Shown: piece after piece, positions 62,101-64,000 of the stretch
Layout of the letters: the number at the start of each line of letters is the position of its first letter
Numbering within the stretch: the first letter of the stretch is position 1
Assembly: GCA_905178155.1 (NCBI GenBank)
Contig: CAJINV010000015.1
Location: 1,175,495 to 1,239,494 of the forward strand
Reading direction: 5' to 3'
Source of the DNA: Amoebophrya sp. A120
Lineage: Eukaryota; Protista; Dinoflagellata
Length of the DNA: 64,000 nt
Position numbers and translations under genes: made by a program
Notes under the pieces: generated by a model
The model's database searches: none
What the model was told of the DNA's origin: nothing
Seen by the model: only the letters and a program-made list of their open reading frames with translations

Positions 62101-62916
62101 GGCGTTGTAACAAAGAAAACCAAAACTAGACTTCTCTTGCTGCTCGGGCAATACAAATTTTTCTGGAATCCAAAAGCAGCATCAGAAGATCCACTTTTCC
62201 ATACCCAGACTACGTATTTGCAGTTGATACTGCTGCGGCTGCTGGAATTGCGCCGGTGGATGCTGCTGCACGAAGTGTTGCTGCTGCAGCCCCGCCACGC
62301 CCGCTAGGTTGTTGATAATTGTACCGTCCGAGCCGAGCTGCTGCTGCAGATTAGTGTTATTCGGGTTTATTTCGTTGTTATGCAATTGCGCGGCGTTGTT
62401 CGGGTGCAATAGACCCGGCGTTGTCGCGGTCGGGCAGCCGCCGTCGGCCGCGGGCGGTGGTGGGGGGAACTGCTGTTGAAGCAATGGCATGGTATTCATG
62501 ATGATGTTAGTCGGTGGGGGCTGATGAAACACCATTGGATTATGTGGAGCACCAAACATCAGCTGACTGCTCTGGTGCAGCAGATTACTATTCGGAGGGT
62601 CCACGACGACCGCCGCGCCGCCACCCCCGAATTGACAATGCCCTTGCTGTTCTTGCTCCTTTTTCCAGATTGCCATCAGCGGGTTAGTACTTGTCAAATC
62701 ACTTGGCGTCGCAGCCAGCGCGTTCGGCGTACCTGTGGACTGAGGGACAACGGGCGGTATGTGATCCATGGGGAATGGTTTCAACCCCGGGAAACAAGAC
62801 CCAGAGTTGTTTTGCTGACTTCCGCTCCCACCGCCTCCACCTGGGGGGGTCGCGTGGGAGGCTGCTCCGCCGGAACCGTGGGAGGGCAACATGCTCGTCG
62901 TGCTCGGCGACAAAAA
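50146..62916 (-). CDS. Gene 7: large (~2,200 aa) Q/N/S/G-rich low-complexity protein with a long C-terminal coiled coil; 17 introners plus 4 canonical GT-AG introns; 5' end unresolved (first in-frame ATG at 62892)
   Basis: All 21 removals keep one frame (6,618 nt from 62916 to the TAG at 50146). This joins ORFs 62182, 61105, 59686, 59112, 58735, 56724, 54231, 53332, 51676 and 50717. Confidence 0.78.
50235..50475. mobile_element. Introner, singleton family (TATGACATGCGCAACCGTTACAATC...GATTGTAACGTTTGAGCAAGTCATA)
   Basis: TSD tccct; frame restored. Confidence 0.87.
50547..50779. mobile_element. Introner, family A
   Basis: TSD ccggg; frame restored. Confidence 0.92.
51426..51713. mobile_element. 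Introner, family A (aged)
   Basis: TSD tttcc/cttcc; indels in TIR; frame restored. Confidence 0.87.
52700..52961. mobile_element. Introner, family A
   Basis: TSD gggtc/cggtc; frame restored. Confidence 0.9.
53025..53349. mobile_element. Introner, family A (aged)
   Basis: TSD caacg/gagcg; frame restored. Confidence 0.8.
54021..54259 (-). other. Canonical GT-AG intron (phase 1)
   Basis: G|GTACTGAC...ATAACCAG|AC; removal bypasses the stop at 54231 and joins ORF 53332..54012 in frame. Confidence 0.7.
54643..55281. mobile_element. Composite introner, family A (two left TIRs, one right TIR)
   Basis: TSD taaat/taaaa; the inner left TIR at ~55032 lacks TAT; frame restored using the outer ends. 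Confidence 0.7.
55319..55517 (-). other. Canonical GT-AG intron (phase 0)
   Basis: TAC|GTACTGA...TACTGACTATCACAG|CCG, with a branch-point-like TACTGAC; restores frame. Confidence 0.75.
55663..56010. mobile_element. Introner, family A (aged)
   Basis: TSD ggtga, offset by 3 nt on the left; frame restored. Confidence 0.78.
56127..56444. mobile_element. Introner, family B (aged)
   Basis: TSD aagtc/aattc; frame restored. Confidence 0.8.
56546..56806. mobile_element. Introner, family A
   Basis: TSD tgtaa; frame restored. Confidence 0.92.
57596..57804. mobile_element. Introner, family D
   Basis: TSD taact; frame restored. Confidence 0.92.
57858..58177. mobile_element. Introner, family A (heavily aged, TSD lost)
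   Basis: TATCCAATGCAAA...TTTGCCAGGTATA; flanks gttaa/cattc do not match, but element+5 nt removal still restores frame. Confidence 0.65.
58376..58531. repeat. 13-bp minisatellite GACAGGTGACCTT x12, degenerating rightwards
   Basis: Read directly: 4 perfect units followed by variant units. Confidence 0.93.
58531..58730. repeat. ~92-bp tandem duplication, each unit with hairpin GGGGCGGAC-GCT-GTCCGCCCC
   Basis: Read directly. Confidence 0.88.
58915..59145. mobile_element. Introner, family D
   Basis: TSD aaagc/gaagc; frame restored. Confidence 0.88.
59513..59718. mobile_element. Introner, family E
   Basis: TSD tttat/cttat; frame restored. Confidence 0.9.
60813..61022 (-). other. Canonical GT-AG intron (phase 1)
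   Basis: G|GTAATG...CTCTAAT...CTACAG|GC; restores frame. Confidence 0.7.
61087..61309. mobile_element. Introner, D-like, inside a small exon flanked by canonical introns
   Basis: TSD gaaga; frame restored. Confidence 0.85.
61368..61518 (-). other. Canonical GT-AG intron (phase 1)
   Basis: G|GTACAA...TTCTCAG|GA; restores frame. Confidence 0.68.
61606..61873. mobile_element. Introner, family A body with altered ends
   Basis: TSD cggct/cggtt; interior nearly identical to 617-879; frame restored. Confidence 0.88.
61951..62229. mobile_element. Introner, family A (aged)
   Basis: TSD ctgct; frame restored. Confidence 0.88.
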
Positions 62917-63231
62917 TATCCAGCAAAAAGAACATTGTAACTTTCACTTTGTGATGCTGGTGCGCAAGAATCAATAATAAAACGCGCGAGAACAAATAAC
63001 GGTTGCGTCTGTCGACCTCAACTACATGCTGGCCTTGGTCATGCCTAATTGCAAGGTCCACGACCATGCAAGTGTGTTTCCAACACGACGAAGTACAACT
63101 TGTGTGGGCATGGCAGGCCTTCTTTGCTGTCCTGTTCGCTGGTGAAGAAGACACACAGATTTGCACTTGTCTTTGCTGTTCACCCCCACAAAAAAAGTTT
63201 AAGTACTTCTACAATCTCTTTTTCTTGGATA
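62917..63231. mobile_element. Introner, D-like (aged)
   Basis: TATCCAGCAAAAAGA...TCTTTTTCTTGGATA; flanks aaaaa/gagaa; upstream exon unresolved. Confidence 0.7.
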
Positions 63232-63668
63232 GAGAAGGAGTTCGGCTTCGGCGGGGTATTTTCGGATAATTCAATTTGAGTTCATCTTCCTGGTGGTCCT
63301 CCGCGCCACCGAACAGCTACATGAGGTGGCACTAGTTGCGAAGGTTTTTGGTTTTGCTTTTGCCCGGCCGTCGGGAACTACGAAAATAAACCCGCATGAT
63401 TTTCAGTCGTTGAATTGTCGAAGAACTAGTCCAACACGATGTCTGGTTTATCTTCGATTTTGTTGACGGCGGCCTGGTCTCCCCCTCCGCGCTCCGGGTC
63501 GAAGAGTGAGGTTGTTGATTGTAGGTGGAACTGAAAGAATTATATGTTTCCGTGCTGCTACTGGTTTCTTGAACACCGGGCTCTTGTGGCCGGGAGAGCG
63601 GGAAGTAGAACTGCTACTACAGCTGCTGCCCGGTAAATAATGAATACGTACTTTTGATGCTGCTACTG

Positions 63669-63764
63669 TATCCTGTGGAAACACGTCCCCGCCACCCCGC
63701 CATCAAAGCTGTCATGCAAATCTGCAAGTCTACAACATTTCTCCTGCGCAGTCTGCAAGTTATA
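63669..63764. mobile_element. Truncated family-B remnant
   Basis: TATCCTGTGGAAACACGTCCCC...GTCATGCAAATCTGC resembles the left end of 23512; possible right end GCAAGTTATA; no clear TSD. Confidence 0.45.
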
Positions 63765-64000
63765 GCTCTTCCTGCTCCTCCTGCAGATCTTTCATCCTCG
63801 GAGGTCGGTTATTCTTCACGACGATCTGCAGTCGGGTAGAAGAGGTCGAGGTCGTCCTTCTATAACGCTGTGTAGAAGTTGTAGAACTACCTTCTGCCGT
63901 AGTACCTCTTGCGGCATCTCCTCCCGGCTTCGGAGCATCACCATCTTGTTGGGGAAAATCTCAAAAAAAAAACCGATCAGCGCTTTTTACCGGAAAAAGT

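Noticed and set aside
459-62307. Many short ORFs sharing peptides CKNVWVWK, FQTQTFLHL, MSGSGR and LPDPDIF as a repeated protein family
   Set aside because: They are the six-frame translations of the family-A TIR, not proteins.
1-62916. Genes are pseudogenes destroyed by MITE insertions
   Set aside because: No stops or frameshifts in roughly 10,000 reconstructed codons despite some very old insertions, which is unlikely without purifying selection.
63232-64000. 5' exons of gene 7
   Set aside because: Protein-like stretches exist (DFPQQDGDAPKPGG...EEQEE), but all frames stop within about 100 nt of 63232 and I could not place splice sites confidently.

Overview
Eukaryotic (protist) genomic DNA. 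Seven long genes all lie on the minus strand and are interrupted by about 65 short (mostly 150-350 bp) non-autonomous terminal-inverted-repeat (TIR) elements. They form at least 7 multi-copy families plus singletons. Almost every element runs TAT(C/G)...(C/G)ATA and is flanked by a 5-bp target-site duplication (TSD). I translated across every junction by hand. For all 62 elements inside a gene model, deleting the element plus one 5-nt TSD copy restores a continuous reading frame, giving proteins of about 2,400+, 733, 2,938, 204, 1,219, 597 and 2,200 aa. None of these deletions uses GT-AG ends, and copies occur in both orientations, so the elements behave as transposon-derived non-canonical introns (introners). 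Four ordinary GT-AG introns coexist with them in the last gene. This architecture matches what has been described for the parasitic dinoflagellate Amoebophrya (Syndiniales); the organism is inferred, not shown. Less expected observations: a shared internal TGTSATGC/GCATSACA motif in families with unrelated TIRs, a bipartite end structure, a transcript-oriented bias in TSD mismatches, nested cargo inside still-removable elements, and avoidance of intergenic DNA. No transposase, rRNA, tRNA or CRISPR was found. All coordinates and counts were made by hand and may be off by a few bases.
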